A stretch of DNA of 64,000 nt from an uncultured Acidobacteriota bacterium (GCA_963734115.1 CAVTFV010000015.1:2481-66480), one strand, 5' to 3'; positions 10,315 to 22,205 are shown, counted from the first letter of the stretch. Numbers and translations are program-made. The notes: generated by a model from the sequence alone, not told the origin.

Positions 10315-11265
10315 ATGGCCTCGACCATCCGCAGCCGGAAGCTGACCAAGACCTACGGCGAGCACACCGTCGTCGACCGGCTCGACCTCGACGTCGACGC
10401 CGGTGAGGTCTTCGGGCTCCTCGGGCCGAACGGTGCCGGGAAGACGACGACCATCCTCATGCTGCTCGGCCTGGTCGAGCCGACGAAGGGGAAGATCGAA
10501 GTCCTCGGCCTCGATCCGAGATGGAACCCCATCGAGGTCAAGCGGAAGGTCGGGTATCTGCCCGACGCCGTGGGCTTCTACGACCCGATGACCGGGCGGG
10601 AGAACCTGCGTTTCACTGCCCGCCTCAACGGTCTCGACGACTACGAGGATCTCATCGAGTCGCTTCTCGACCTCGTAGGTCTAGGCGAAGCCGGTGATCA
10701 GCCGTCCGGGGAGTATTCGCGCGGCATGAAGCAGCGTCTCGGGGTGGCCGATGCACTGGTGAAGGGCCCATCGATCCTCATCCTGGACGAGCCGACCACC
10801 GCCATCGACCCCGAGGGTGTGGTCGAGATGCTCAGCCTGATCCAGAGGCTCGCCAAGGAGGAAGGCGTGACTGTTCTCCTCGCCAGCCATCTCCTCCACC
10901 AGGTGCAGACGGTCTGTGACCGGGTCGCCATCTTCGTCCGCGGCAAGGTGGTCGCCCAAGGCACACCGCATGAGCTTGCGGCCGTCGACAAGGAGGGCAA
11001 CATCCGGGTCGAGTTCCGTCTGGGTGGCGACCCGTCGAAGGGCCGAGCCGACCTGGAGTCCCTTGGGACTGTCACCGGAGTCGCCCCGGGTCGTGCGCCC
11101 GGCTCCTGGGTGGCCGACCTCCATTCGGAGTCGCTGGCGCCGGCAGTGAGCGGTCTCGTCTCGAAGGGGGCCGACGTCATCGGGGTCCATCGTCTCGACG
11201 AGGACCTGGAGACCATCTATCGCCGGTACTTCGAGATCGAGGAAGAAGAGGAGGCGACGGTATGA
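10315..11265 (+). CDS. ABC transporter ATP-binding protein
   Basis: GPNGAGKTT, YSRGMKQR, ILDEPT, ASH. Confidence 0.92.
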   Translation: MASTIRSRKLTKTYGEHTVVDRLDLDVDAGEVFGLLGPNGAGKTTTILMLLGLVEPTKGKIEVLGLDPRWNPIEVKRKVGYLPDAVGFYDPMTGRENLRFTARLNGLDDYEDLIESLLDLVGLGEAGDQPSGEYSRGMKQRLGVADALVKGPSILILDEPTTAIDPEGVVEMLSLIQRLAKEEGVTVLLASHLLHQVQTVCDRVAIFVRGKVVAQGTPHELAAVDKEGNIRVEFRLGGDPSKGRADLESLGTVTGVAPGRAPGSWVADLHSESLAPAVSGLVSKGADVIGVHRLDEDLETIYRRYFEIEEEEEATV

Positions 11266-12260
11266 CCGCCGACGTCGAGACCACGGTTGAGGAGGCCCCG
11301 GCGCCGGAGGAGTCAGTGCGGGTCGGTGGATGGAGGGCGGTGGCAAGAAAGGAGATCGCCGATCATCTGCTCTCGGGGCGCTTCGTAGTCCTGATGGGGG
11401 TCCTCGGCATCGCGACCGCCGCCGCGGTGTTCGCTGCCTCGGGTGGGATCCGCGACGTCGCACCCAACGCCCAGGGGATCACAGCGCTGTTCCTCAAGCT
11501 GTTCACCGTGACGGCAGACCCGGTCCCGTTCCCGCTCATTGTCTTCGTCGGGTTTCTGGCCCCCCTCCTGGGAATCATGTTCGGGTTCGACGCGGTCAGC
11601 GGCGAGCGCTCACAGGGGACTCTGCCCCGGCTCCTCTCCCAGCCGATTCACCGCGATGAGGTGATCCTCGGCAAGTTCGTGGCCGGCCTGACGGTGGTGT
11701 CGATCATGCTCACCGCCCTCGTGCTGTTCGTGTCTGGCATCGGGATCCTCCGTCTCGGTGTGGTGCCCACGCCGACCGAGATCTCGCGGCTTGCCGTATG
11801 GCTGGTCTTCGCCATCATCTACGTCGGGTTCTGGCAAGCCCTGGCCACGTTGACCTCGGTCCTATCGAAACGGGCGTCGACCTCGGCCATGATCCCGCTT
11901 GGCATCTGGCTGGTGCTCACCTTGTTTGGGTCCTTCATTTTCAGCGCGGTGGCCAGTGTGCTCAGCCCGAGAGACGGGTCGGATGCGGCCGAGATCGCCT
12001 ACCAGCAAACCGCCCAGACCGTGTCACAGCTGTCGCCGGTGACCCTCTTCCAACAGGGCTCGAGCGTGCTGCTCGACCCCGAGGTTCGCACCGTCGGGCT
12101 GGTCACTGTGGAACAGGTCGATCGGGCCATCGTCTCCGAGCTGAACCTGACACAGAGCCTGGCCGTCGTCTGGCCCCAGATCGCCATCCTCGTCGCCCTC
12201 ACCGCCGTCATGTTCGCCGCCGCCTACATCGCCTTCATGCGGGACGAGGTTCGGGCCTGA
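11262..12260 (+). CDS. ABC-2 type transporter permease
   Basis: GFDAVSGERSQGTLPRLLSQPIHRDEVILGKF; about 6 TM. Confidence 0.9.
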   Translation: MTADVETTVEEAPAPEESVRVGGWRAVARKEIADHLLSGRFVVLMGVLGIATAAAVFAASGGIRDVAPNAQGITALFLKLFTVTADPVPFPLIVFVGFLAPLLGIMFGFDAVSGERSQGTLPRLLSQPIHRDEVILGKFVAGLTVVSIMLTALVLFVSGIGILRLGVVPTPTEISRLAVWLVFAIIYVGFWQALATLTSVLSKRASTSAMIPLGIWLVLTLFGSFIFSAVASVLSPRDGSDAAEIAYQQTAQTVSQLSPVTLFQQGSSVLLDPEVRTVGLVTVEQVDRAIVSELNLTQSLAVVWPQIAILVALTAVMFAAAYIAFMRDEVRA

Positions 12261-12338
12261 TCAGCTGTTCTCGCGCACCGTTATCGGCGTAAAGACCGAC
12301 ATCGGTGCGCGAAAACGGGAGCTTTGTAGGCTGAGGTC

Positions 12339-12803
12339 ATGGAAGAAGCGGTGAAGCCAGACGCGGTCGAGCAGGTGGCGGAGGAGGAGCGACCGGAACC
12401 GCCGGTCTCCGAGCCCACGAAGCTGATCCGCATCGCATCGATGACGCGGGCGATGCTCGAGGAGGTTCGACAGGCGCCACTCGATGATGGAGGGCGGAAG
12501 CGTCTCGCCGATGTCCATACCCGATCACTCGATGAGCTACGCGAGATCCTCTCCCCCGAGCTCCTCGACGAGTTCGACGAGATCATGGTGCCCCTCGACA
12601 AGGAGGGTGTCAGTGAGGCGGAGCTCCGGATCGCCCAGGCCCAGCTGATCGGCTGGCTGGAGGGTCTGTTCCACGGGATCCAGGCCTCGCTGTGGAGCCA
12701 GCAGATGGCTGCCCAATCCCAGTTGCAGGAGATGCAGAAGAGAGCGTTGATCCCACCCTCGCCCCCCGGGCAGAACGAGGACCAGACCGGTCTCTACCTC
12801 TGA
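12339..12803 (+). CDS. bpa: Bacterial proteasome activator Bpa (PafE)
   Basis: PTKLIRIASM, LEEVRQAPLD, ELRIAQAQLIGWLEGLFHGIQ, C-terminal GLYL (HbYX). Confidence 0.92.
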   Translation: MEEAVKPDAVEQVAEEERPEPPVSEPTKLIRIASMTRAMLEEVRQAPLDDGGRKRLADVHTRSLDELREILSPELLDEFDEIMVPLDKEGVSEAELRIAQAQLIGWLEGLFHGIQASLWSQQMAAQSQLQEMQKRALIPPSPPGQNEDQTGLYL

Positions 12804-12806
12804 GCC

Positions 12807-13082
12807 TTATCCGACCTTGCGTTCCCGTTGGGTTCGCTCGCGCCGGACCCGACGTCGCTCGCGCTCGCTGAGACCACCCCAGATGCCGAATTTCTCGCCC
12901 ATGTCGACCGCGTAGTCGAGACATTCCGCCCTCACCTCGCAGGCAGTGCATATCGCCTTCGCCTTCCGGGTGGAAGCCCCCCGCTCGGGGAAGAAGAGGT
13001 CGGCATCGGCGCCACGGCAGTTGGCGTAGTCCTGCCAGGAAAGCTCACCTACAGCCAGGGCTTGGATGAGCTTGCTCTGCAT
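12807..13082 (-). CDS. whiB: WhiB family Fe-S transcription factor (WhiB/WhiB2-like)
   Basis: WQDYANC...FFPERGASTRKAKAICTAC...CL...GIWGGLSERERR; four Cys. Confidence 0.92.
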   Translation of the reverse strand: MQSKLIQALAVGELSWQDYANCRGADADLFFPERGASTRKAKAICTACEVRAECLDYAVDMGEKFGIWGGLSERERRRVRRERTQRERKVG

Positions 13083-13098
13083 CAGGTCTCCTCACAAC

Positions 13099-13145
13099 CG
13101 TGTAATTACACGTTTGACATTAAGACCGCCCGCGCGCGCCGTCAA
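13099..13145 (-). promoter_or_regulatory. whiB sigma-A type promoter with palindromic operator
   Basis: Minus strand TTGACG-N17-TAATGT (13145-13117); perfect palindrome CGTGTAATTACACG at 13099-13112. Confidence 0.75.
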
Positions 13146-13219
13146 CCCCGAGTGGCGGATTTCTCCTTGTCGCGCCGTGCGATTCTCCCGAGGCACAGAC
13201 TTGGCATAATGGAGTCCCG

Positions 13220-13949
13220 GTGTCCGCCACGATCGAAGAGAGAAGAGCCCCCTGGCCGGTCGGCTTCTATCGATCGGCGGTCGGCAAGAAATGGGTGATG
13301 GCGCTCACCGGCATCGGCATCATCGTCTTCGTCCTCGCCCACATGGTCGGGAACCGGAAGATCTTCCTCCCCGACGTCGACGGCGTCCCCGACATCGACA
13401 TATATGCCGAGGCTCTTCGCGAGCTGTTCGTCCCCTTCCTCCCCGCCCACGTGGCGCTGTGGATCCTCCGCACCGGCTTGATCGTTGCCTTCCTCCTCCA
13501 CATCCACGCCGCGTACTCGCTGACGCTGATGAACCATCGGGCCCGACCCGAGGACTACCAGGGCCCGCGCAACTACGTCGCCGCCAACTACGCCAGCCGC
13601 ACGATGCGCTGGAGCGGGGTCATCTTCGCCGCCTTCCTCCTCTTCCATCTCGCCGACTTCACCTGGGGCATCCAGCCGATGGCCCCCGAGACCTGGGCCC
13701 GGGGCGAGGTGTACGCCAACTTCATCGCCACCTTCTCCCGCGCCCCGGTGACCGCCTTCTACGTGATCGCCATGGTCCTGTTGGGGCTCCATCTCTATCA
13801 CGGGGCGTGGTCGATGTTCCAGAGCCTCGGGATCAACAACCCGCGGTTCAACAACCTGGCGCCGCTACTTCGCCATCGGGCTCGCTGTCCTGGTCACCGT
13901 GGGCAACGTCATCATGCCGCTCGCCGTCTACTTCGGGTTCGTGGGGTGA
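13220..13949 (+). CDS. sdhC: Succinate dehydrogenase cytochrome b subunit (frameshift near 13860)
   Basis: SAVGKKWVMALTG, HMVGN, ASRTMRWSG, HLYHGAWSMFQSLG; C-terminal TM in another frame ending TGA 13949. Confidence 0.88.
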
Positions 13950-13958
13950 TGGCGTGAC

Positions 13959-15875
<1,917 letters not shown>

Positions 15876-15879
<4 letters not shown>

Positions 15880-16634
15880 ACGTCACCCTCCAGATCTGGC
15901 GGCAGGAGGGCCCCGACCGGCCCGGTGCGTTCAAGATCTACGAGGTGGCCGGGATCTCCGAGGAGATGTCCTTTCTCGAGATGCTCGATGTGCTCAACGA
16001 GCGTCTGGTCAACCAGGGCGAAGAGCCGGTTGCCTTCGACCACGACTGCCGGGAGGGCATCTGCGGCTGCTGTGGGGTGATGATCGACGGCCAGGCCCAC
16101 GGCCCCCAACTCGGCACCGCCACCTGCCAGCTCCACATGCGGAAGTTCGAGAGCGGGGCGACGATCACCGTTGAGCCGTGGCGGGCGGCGGGATTCCCCT
16201 TGGTCCAAGATCTCGTGGTCGACCGCAGCTCGTTCGACCACATCATCGAAGCCGGCGGCTACATCACCGTCGACACCGGGTCGGCTCCCGACGCCAACCT
16301 CACCCCCGTTCCCAAGCCCGTCGCCGACACCGCCTTCGATGCCGCGGCGTGCATCGGTTGCGGAGCCTGCGTCGCCGCCTGCCCCAACGGCGCGGCCAAT
16401 CTCTTCACCGCCGCCAAGATCAGTCATCTCAACCTCCTCCCCCAGGGCCAGGCCGAGAGATGGACCCGGGCCGAGAACATGGTCGAGGTGATGGAGCAGT
16501 ACTTCGGGTCGTGCACCAACCACGGTGAGTGCGAGAAGGCGTGCCCGAAGTCGATCTCGATCGACTTCATCGCCATGATGAACGCCGACTACCTCAAGGC
16601 GAAGGTGAAAAACCGCCGGCTGGTCGCGCAGTAG
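15876..16634 (+). CDS. sdhB: Succinate dehydrogenase/fumarate reductase Fe-S subunit
   Basis: DCREGICGCC, CIGCGACVAACPN, CTNHGECEKACPK. Confidence 0.92.
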
Positions 16635-16767
16635 TCCTTTTGGCCTTGGCTTAGTAACCCCTTGTCAGCGAAAATCTACGACGTAGCCTGAGCGCATTCG
16701 GGAGGACCACTCTGGGTAGGTTCAGGTCACCGAACGTGGTTGCTGGGACCAAAGGGAACAGGGGCAA

Positions 16768-17345
16768 ATGACAACCGAGAGACGTGACGACCGGGGGGCC
16801 ACCCTCGTTGAGGCGGCGTTGGTCTACGCCCTGCTCTTTCTCGCCCTCTTCGCCGTCGTCGAGTTCGGTTTGGCCTTCAAGGACTGGCTGTCGGTCAGTC
16901 ACGCCGCACGTGAAGGGGCCCGCGCCGGGGCCACCTATGGCAACGACCCCGCAGCCGACATCCAGATGCTACGTGACGTCGAGCGCACCCTGGCTCCGGC
17001 CGGGATCGGCAACGGGATGAATGTCAGGGTCTTCAAGGCTAGCGGTCCCGGGGCCGGCGAGGTCTACTCGTACGCTCCGGGCACCGACTGCGGAGACAAC
17101 TCACCGGTGGGCGCCTCCACCGTGGGTGCTGCGACTGGCAGCCCTGTCCGGAACCGTTCCGGGACGACCTACCACGTCGTCCCGTGTGGGACCCGTCGAT
17201 CGGGACGTAGCGCCCGATGCTCGACCAGATCGGGGTGGAGGTGCAGTTCAGCCATCAATGGCTGACCGAGTACTTCGTCCCGACTTCGAGCGACTTCACC
17301 ACGGCGACGGACTTCCAGATCGAGCCACAGGTGTTCGAGTCATGA
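16768..17345 (+). CDS. TadE-family pseudopilin, cassette 1 gene A (frameshifted)
   Basis: RG|ATLVE prepilin site, AAREGAR; C-terminus ...FQIEPQVFES in another frame; paralogue of 19556-20161. Confidence 0.8.
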
Positions 17346-17889
17346 GAGCGTCGGCATCGGAGAGAGCGGGGCCTCGTCTGGTGGAAGTCGGGCTTGTCCT
17401 GCCGATGCTGATCCTCCTCGCCATCGGCCTCTCCGAGATCGGCTTCCTGGTCGTCGACTACCTGACGGTGACCAATGCTGCGAGGGAAGGGGCTCGCACC
17501 GGGGCGGCTGCCGCCAACTTCGCCACTCGCCGACGACCTGATCCTCGATGCCGTGGAAGAGGCGTCGTGCAACCTCCGCTTCGGGGATCTGGAGAAGGTC
17601 GCGCATCTTCAAAGCGGACGCTAACGGTGATCCCGATCCCGGATCGCATCAACGAATACTCGCCACGGGGCAGTCTCTCATGCGACTCGCCGGGCAATGC
17701 CCTCAGTTGTGACAACGGCTGCCCGTGGGCCGCGAGCGGCCGCGACGGGAGCCGCCCGGGCTCGACGTCCTCGGCGTCGAAGTCATGTTCTCTCACACAA
17801 GCGTGACCGGGATCTTCCCCTTCCCCACCGTCGACTGGGCCGAGACCGCCGTGATGCAGATCGAGCCTGACACCAGAGGCATCCAATGA
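17342..17889 (+). CDS. TadE-family pseudopilin, cassette 1 gene B (frameshifted)
   Basis: LVEVGLVLPMLILLAIGLSEIG...AAREGAR, CDNGCPW, AVMQIEPDTRG; paralogue of 20158-20715. Confidence 0.78.
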
Positions 17890-19378
17890 GACGGCTCTTC
17901 GGGAATGAAGAAGGAGGACCGCGGCGCCGCATTGGCGCTGGTGGCGGCATCCCTGGTCGTCTTGATGGGGATGGCCGCCTTCGGGACCGACCTCGGCTGG
18001 TTCTATCTCAATGCCAGCCGGATGCAGCGGGCCGCCGATGCCGCGGCTCTCGGCGGGGTCATCTGGCTGCCGGGACAGCCGGGCACGGCCGAGGCCACCG
18101 CATTCGACATCGCCCTGCGTAACGGATACGACAACGGCCTCACCGAAATCGAAGTGCCTGCCGGCGGCGGTTCCCGGTGAGCCCAACAAGCTGAAGGTGA
18201 CGATCAACGATGTGGTGCCGACCTTCTTCGCCAAGGTGCTCGGGTTCGACACGATGGACATCTCACGGACCGCGGTCGCCGAGTACATCCCGCCATTGAA
18301 ACTGGGCAGCCCGGACAATCAATTCGGCAACTCGTGTGACCCGGAGCAGCCAGGGTGCACCGGGCAGGCAAACTTCTGGGCCAACATCCATGGCAAGTGG
18401 ACCGACAACGAGATGGGGGACGCCTACTCGTCGTGGTGCACCAATGCCAACGACAACCCCGGATGCGCCAGAACGCATCGCCCGCAGCACCGGATACCTC
18501 TACGGCATCGAGTCCGGATCGAGTTTCACCCTCCAGTTCAACGACATCGCCTTCCACAACACCTCCGGTGGGAACACGACCAACGATGGAATTCGCACTG
18601 GCGACCGTGGCTGTGAGGACTGGACAGGGAGCACTGCTCCCGACTGTGGGCCGACGATGTACGTCGCCCTCTACGCCCCGGACCCCACGCCTCTCGATGT
18701 CACCGACAACGCACTCCTCTGCCAGGCCACCATCCCGCCGTTGCCCCAAGGGTGGACCCGGATCCCTACGCCTTCTCGGCGCCCGACGGCCAGGGGTGCT
18801 GGTCTCAGTCGGGACCGGGTGTCTATGTGGTGCAGGTCCGTCATGTCGACCCGGGGGAGCGGTCGACCGAGCAGGCCTGAACAGATACTCGATCCAGTCG
18901 TCCTCCGGGCAGCTGTACGCACTTGGGTGACTTCTCGATATACAACAACGCCAGCGGGTCGACCACCGCGTTCTACCTGGCCGAAGTCCCCACCTACTAC
19001 CACGGCAAGACCTTCGTGGTCGAGTTCTTCGACGCCGGTGAGTCGGCCGCAACCGGGACCCTGCAGATGGTGAGCCCGGACGGGTCCGTCTTCAACGACG
19101 GAGAATGCCGGATCTACACGTGGGGCAACCCGGGACAGGACTGGAGCCTGCAGAACACGATCGCCGCCGGCAGCCCGTGCCAGGAGACAGTGACCCCACA
19201 GGAATACCACGACCGCTGGCTCAAATTCGAAATGGACCTGCCCCCCGAGTACGCCTGTACCGAGGGTGGCGTACCCGGATGCTGGTGGAAGGTGAATTAC
19301 GCCTATCCATCGGGCGTCAACGACACCACCACCTGGAAGGCGTACATGATCGGCAACCCGATCCACCTGGTCGAGTAG
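17886..19378 (+). CDS. TadG-like large pseudopilin/adhesin, cassette 1 (multiple frameshifts)
   Basis: RG|AALALV, QRAADAAALGG, EYIPPLKLGSP, GNPIHLVE; paralogue of 20712-22205. Confidence 0.78.
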
Positions 19379-19383
19379 AAGAC

Positions 19384-19400
19384 GGGCGAACCGTTCGCCC
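19384..19400 (+). terminator. Inverted repeat, possible intrinsic terminator after cassette 1
   Basis: GGGCGAAC-C-GTTCGCCC starting 5 nt after the stop; no U-tract. Confidence 0.4.
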
Positions 19401-19482
19401 ACTCTCAGTGACGCCTCCCCACTCTGGGTTGAGGTTTCTCTTGGGTCTGGCGAACCCAATCCTTGCTCTTGGCCAAATCGCC

Positions 19483-19510
19483 TTCAGTAATTGGCAGTTT
19501 CTGCCGAAGT
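19483..19510 (+). promoter_or_regulatory. Putative sigma-28/WhiG-type promoter of Tad cassette 2
   Basis: TTCA(19483-19486)-N16-GCCGAAGT(19503-19510). Confidence 0.55.
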
Positions 19511-19555
19511 ACCCCCAGTCATTGGGCAACGCAATGCCCGGGTGGGTGGAAAGAC

Positions 19556-20161
19556 GTGAAGGCAGTGAAAGGCATTAGGGGCATCATCGATCGGGGCGAT
19601 CCCGGGCGTGAGCGCGGGGCAACGCTTGTCGAGGCGGCCATGGTGTACGGCTTGCTCTTCTTGACCCTGTTTGCAGTCGTCGAGTTCGGGCTCGCCTTCA
19701 AGGACTGGCTCTCGGTGAGCCACGCAGCACGTGAAGGCGCCAGGGCTGGAGCGACATACGGAGACGACCCACGGGCCGACATCCAGATCCTTCGGGACAT
19801 CGAGCAGACGCTGTCGCCTGCGGGAATCTCGGATGGCATGACCGCCAGGATTTTCGAAGCCACTCCACTTGGAGAATCGACCACGTACAACTATGCCCCA
19901 GGCACCGGCTGTGCCAGCACCTCCTCTCCCGCCCTCCCCGGTTGTTGTGACTGGTCCCCTTGTCCCGAGCCGTTCCGCACCAACTATGTGACCCCGGTCT
20001 GGGATCCAGCGGACCGTGATGTCGAAGCTCCAACCACCGACCGGATCGGCGTGGAGGTGGATTTCACCCACGTCTGGCTCACCGGGTACTTCACGCCGGA
20101 CGCAGACTTCACCGCCTCCACAGATTTCCAGGTCGAACCACAGGTGTTCGGCACCTCATGA
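19556..20161 (+). CDS. TadE-family pseudopilin, cassette 2 gene A
   Basis: RERG|ATLVE, AAREGARAG, Cys-rich GCCDWSPCP; start uncertain. Confidence 0.87.
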   Translation: MKAVKGIRGIIDRGDPGRERGATLVEAAMVYGLLFLTLFAVVEFGLAFKDWLSVSHAAREGARAGATYGDDPRADIQILRDIEQTLSPAGISDGMTARIFEATPLGESTTYNYAPGTGCASTSSPALPGCCDWSPCPEPFRTNYVTPVWDPADRDVEAPTTDRIGVEVDFTHVWLTGYFTPDADFTASTDFQVEPQVFGTS

Positions 20162-20715
20162 GACACAGATTCGAGAAGGGCGCCAGTCTGATCGAGGCCT
20201 CGATAGTCCTCCCGCTGCTGATTCTGATGGCCATCGGGCTCTCCGAGGTCGGCTTTCTCGTCGTCGACTATCTCACGGTCAGCAACTCGGCCCGGGAAGG
20301 AGCTCGTACAGGCGCCGCTGCCGCGAACTTCAACGACATCCCCTCGGGCAAAGACGCCGACGATTTGATTCTCGCCGCCGTTGAAGAATCGGCCTGCAAT
20401 CTCAACTTCGGCAGTCTGGTAGAGGTACGTATCTACAAGGCCGACGCCGCCGGTGCTCCGATCTCTGGGTCGGTCAACGTGTACAGGCCTACCGGAGCGC
20501 CGGCATGTGACAACGCCACCACCAATCTCGGTTGTCACAACGGCTGCCCATGGGCGCCGGCCAGTCGTGATCGGGTGCCGCCTACCTTCGATGACCTCGG
20601 TGTCGAAGTCACCTTCTCACATACAGACGTCACCGGGATCTTCCCCTTCCCAACCGTCAACTGGACCGAGTTTGCAGTGATGCAGATCGAGCCCGACACC
20701 CGAGGCACACAATGA
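20158..20715 (+). CDS. TadE-family pseudopilin, cassette 2 gene B
   Basis: EKG|ASLIE, SAREGAR, four Cys. Confidence 0.87.
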   Translation: MRHRFEKGASLIEASIVLPLLILMAIGLSEVGFLVVDYLTVSNSAREGARTGAAAANFNDIPSGKDADDLILAAVEESACNLNFGSLVEVRIYKADAAGAPISGSVNVYRPTGAPACDNATTNLGCHNGCPWAPASRDRVPPTFDDLGVEVTFSHTDVTGIFPFPTVNWTEFAVMQIEPDTRGTQ

Positions 20716-22205
20716 GGAAACTGTTCGAGAGAGCTGGCGACAAAGACAAGGGCACAGCCATGATCCTGGTCGCCATGTCGATGGTGCTCCTTTTGGGGAT
20801 GGCGGCCTTCGGCACCGACCTCGCTTGGTTCTACCTGAACGCCAGCCGTATACAGCGCGCCGCCGACGCAGCCGCGCTCGGGGGAGTCGTGTGGCTGCCC
20901 AACGACACCGTCGCCGCTGACAACACCGCGTTCGCCACTGCAACGCAAAATGGCTACGAACACGGGGTCGACCAGGCTGTTGTCGATCCGGGCCCAGTGA
21001 CCGGCGAGCCGAACCAGCTCGGGGTGTCTGTGACCGACACCGTGCAGACCTTCTTCCTCGGTGCCCTCGGCTTCGACGACATGACCATCGAACGGTCGGC
21101 GGTGGCCGAGTACATACCGCCGCTGAAGCTGGGAAGTCCTTCGGGGCTGTTCGGCAACAACTGCGATCCGACCCAGGCCGGGTGCACAGGGCAGGCCAAC
21201 TTCTGGGCAAACATCCACGGATGGTTCACAGACACCAGCATGGGTGATGCCTACACGTCGCATTGCGTGGGAAGCTCCGACGTCCCCGCTTGCACCGCGA
21301 ACCCGATCGCCCGACCGGGCGGCTATCTCTACGGAATCGAGAGGGGGACCGGCAGCTTCACCGTCCAGGGCCTCGATCTCAGATTCTTCAACACCTCCGG
21401 CGGCAACCCCACCAGTGACACCATCCGCACCGGTGACCGTGGGTGCGAAGACTGGACCCCGAGCACCAACGCGAACTGTGGGCCGACGATGCTGGTCAGG
21501 CTCTATGCCCCGGACCCCACACCACTCGACCTCTCAGACAATGCCGCCCCCTTGTGCTCGGCCACCCTCACCCCCACCGGGCAGGCACTGCCGGCCGCCG
21601 CCTACAACTGGGCGACGCCAAACGGCAACGCATGTTGGACACAGTCCGGCGCCGGGATCTATGTCCTCCAGATCGCAGTTCAAAACCCCGGCAATACGGT
21701 CGACCGGGCCGGTCTGAATCGTTACTCGGTCCGAGCCAACAACAACGGGGCCAAGCTGTTTGCCCTCGGTGACTTCTCCATCTACAACAATGCCAGCGGC
21801 ACCACCACCTCCTTCTACCTGGCAGAAGTGCCCACCTACTACCACGGCAAGACTTTCGTGGTGGAGTTGTACGACGCCGGTGAGTCAGCCAACAATGGGA
21901 CTCTGGCCGTGGTCGATCCCTCGACGAGCGTGTTCAACGACGGTGAGTGCCGGATCTACAGCCGCAACAACCCGACCGTGGCCTGGACCCTGCAGCAGAC
22001 CATCCCCAGTGGCACCAACTGTCAGGAGACGGTGACCCCCGGTGAGTACAACGGACGCTGGCTCAAGTTCGAGATGGATCTACCTCCGGCGTACTCGTGT
22101 ACCAACTGTTGGTGGAAGATGAGCTACTCCTATCCCACGGCGGTGAACGACACCACCACCTGGCGCGCCTACATGATCGGGAACCCGATCCACCTCATCG
22201 ACTGA
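20712..22205 (+). CDS. TadG-like large pseudopilin/adhesin, cassette 2
   Basis: DKG|TAMILV, GTDLAW, IQRAADAAALGG, Cys-paired beta-rich extracellular region. Confidence 0.87.
   Translation: MRKLFERAGDKDKGTAMILVAMSMVLLLGMAAFGTDLAWFYLNASRIQRAADAAALGGVVWLPNDTVAADNTAFATATQNGYEHGVDQAVVDPGPVTGEPNQLGVSVTDTVQTFFLGALGFDDMTIERSAVAEYIPPLKLGSPSGLFGNNCDPTQAGCTGQANFWANIHGWFTDTSMGDAYTSHCVGSSDVPACTANPIARPGGYLYGIERGTGSFTVQGLDLRFFNTSGGNPTSDTIRTGDRGCEDWTPSTNANCGPTMLVRLYAPDPTPLDLSDNAAPLCSATLTPTGQALPAAAYNWATPNGNACWTQSGAGIYVLQIAVQNPGNTVDRAGLNRYSVRANNNGAKLFALGDFSIYNNASGTTTSFYLAEVPTYYHGKTFVVELYDAGESANNGTLAVVDPSTSVFNDGECRIYSRNNPTVAWTLQQTIPSGTNCQETVTPGEYNGRWLKFEMDLPPAYSCTNCWWKMSYSYPTAVNDTTTWRAYMIGNPIHLID

Noticed and set aside
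13114-13119. Plus-strand TTGACA as the sdh -35 element
   Set aside because: No -10 at 16-18 bp spacing; sdhC has its own extended -10 TGGCATAAT at 13202-13210.
19384-19400. LexA box
   Set aside because: GAAC and GTTC are 1 bp apart, not the required 4.
19379-19555. c-di-GMP or ZTP riboswitch
   Set aside because: I could not match the conserved cores; the hairpins are short and independent.
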